From positions 64,001 through 128,000 of the IMG/VR virus record IMGVR_UViG_2531839014_000003: a stretch of DNA of 64,000 bases, one strand, 5' to 3'. The notes beneath the pieces are model-generated. The model worked only from the letters and a program-made list of their open reading frames with translations, did no database searches and was not told where the DNA came from. Made by a program: the position numbers and the translations under genes. Each line of letters opens with the position of its first letter. Positions within the stretch are counted from its first letter, which is position 1. This DNA is from a virus (lineage: Duplodnaviria; Caudoviricetes). Below are positions 62,946 to 64,000 of this stretch, piece after piece.

Positions 62946-63452
62946 ATGCCAGGAACAGTATTAAAAGATATTGGATTAGTAAAAAATCGTATTTTACCTC
63001 TTTTATTGAATTCAGATGATATTATGGAGATTTTACTTGGTAAAGGATATACGCAGGAACAAGTTTGGGGTGCTGATGACAACGATGATGATTATGGGAT
63101 AGTCTATAAACAAGTTTTTCCACATCTCTATATCGATGATACTCAAACAGAGGTACTTTCATATTTATGTTTCGAGGTAGACGTACCCAGGATACCGACT
63201 GGAACAATAAAAGATATGAAGATAATTATATGGGCTTATTGTAATAAAAGTAATATGCGATATTCTAAGAAAGGTTATCTCGGCACTAAAGCCGATATCT
63301 TAGCTGATGCAGTTGAAAGAGCACTATCTGATTCACAAAAATTTGGAATAGGAAAACTTCATTTGGACTCTGCTACATATTTAAGTTCATCTAATAAGCA
63401 GTTTTATGGCAGACAGTTAATTTTTACTGTTTCTGATTTCAAATTAAAGTAG
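62946..63452 (+). CDS. Tail completion/terminator-like protein
   Basis: AAGGAGG SD; size and position. Confidence 0.5.
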   Translation: MPGTVLKDIGLVKNRILPLLLNSDDIMEILLGKGYTQEQVWGADDNDDDYGIVYKQVFPHLYIDDTQTEVLSYLCFEVDVPRIPTGTIKDMKIIIWAYCNKSNMRYSKKGYLGTKADILADAVERALSDSQKFGIGKLHLDSATYLSSSNKQFYGRQLIFTVSDFKLK

Positions 63453-63461
63453 GTGATATTA

Positions 63462-64000
63462 ATAAGTTTATATACAAATTTTGATTATTTGTGTAATGAG
63501 CCTTTTTTCATTGACGGAGTAGGTACTGTCAAGTGTCCTACTTTAAGAGACATACGTACCATTACATTTAAAGTATTCGCTTTATTTCAAAATATGATAG
63601 ACATGACACTCGAATCATATTTAGAATCCTTTAAATCCGTTGAGACGTTTGATAGGTTATGCGAGAAATCAAAAGAGAATATTTCCTTATTCAGAATACT
63701 TCTTTATGATAACACTAGTATTCTTTTCTCAATGATAAAGTTTTTTATACTGGATGAAATTGAATTCAATCAGGACACAAACTGTATAGATGTCTTCAAC
63801 TATTATCAAGTAAAAAATGAATCTGGTGTGTCTAATCAAAAACGAATCATTGGACATATTGGAGAGGATAATTTCGATATATTCCGTGGCGAATTGAGAT
63901 GTCTATTGGGTATGAATTCCTCTGAGGAAGAAATACCCAAATTTGCAAAAGGGGCAGAAAAACTTGCACAAACAATGTATAATCGTTTTCGAGAAAATGC
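63462..64000 (+). CDS. Phage hypothetical protein, partial (ATA start)
   Basis: Open frame SLYTNFDYLCNEPFFIDGVGTVKCPTLRDI... to the window end after an AGGTGA SD. Confidence 0.65.
   Translation, partial: MSLYTNFDYLCNEPFFIDGVGTVKCPTLRDIRTITFKVFALFQNMIDMTLESYLESFKSVETFDRLCEKSKENISLFRILLYDNTSILFSMIKFFILDEIEFNQDTNCIDVFNYYQVKNESGVSNQKRIIGHIGEDNFDIFRGELRCLLGMNSSEEEIPKFAKGAEKLAQTMYNRFREN

Larger units (their letters stand above)
1..64000. mobile_element. Large SPbeta-like prophage/temperate phage (both ends outside window)
   Basis: YonO-like RNAP followed by HU, terminase, portal, scaffold and capsid in SPbeta-like order; dense small accessory genes; no host housekeeping genes. Confidence 0.92.

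Noticed and set aside
1..64000. CRISPR array
   Set aside because: No regularly spaced 25-40-bp direct repeats seen; the junction motifs are separated by whole genes
1..64000. Genome-wide stop-codon reassignment
   Set aside because: Long genes are intact in code 11 and many end naturally in TGA or TAG
1..64000. Arbitrium aimR-aimP, reverse transcriptase/DGR or retron
   Set aside because: No TPR regulator plus signal-peptide gene pair and no RT motifs recognised in this window

Overview
The whole window is the interior of a large SPbeta-like temperate phage/prophage from an AT-rich Firmicute (Clostridia-type host; inference). Left part (1-33.5 kb, mostly minus strand): a dense array of small accessory/early genes, including a sigma-70 factor, two DUF262 proteins, a ParB-like protein, MazF/PemK, Uma2, KptA/Tpt1, a tyrosine recombinase and tRNA-Gln. 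It is hit by an IS3 element and by a cargo-carrying IS256 with an 8-bp target duplication. Gene orientation switches at about 33.6-35.6 kb. Right part (plus strand): a fused CapRel-type toxSAS, an antirepressor, a probable replication module with a 29-bp nested inverted repeat, a Zn deaminase, a YonO-like single-subunit RNA polymerase, a beta-CASP nuclease, ClpP-like protease, metallophosphoesterase, GIY-YIG endonuclease, HU, a second tyrosine recombinase, tRNAs, and the terminase-portal-scaffold-capsid-neck operon. Most notable unexplained structure: (1) a short pseudo-palindrome, NAAW-N6-TTTY, at about 20 gene junctions of the accessory array, often supplying the stop codon in fixed register, suggesting an integron-like cassette system; (2) a ~1.1-kb ORF-free region with nested long-range helices, a candidate giant ncRNA; (3) repeated antisense-sRNA/boxA-like leader cassettes; (4) many apparent ATA/ATC/ATT/ACG start codons; (5) a degenerate tRNA with a UCA anticodon. 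All product calls come from motif recognition by eye, not from database searches.
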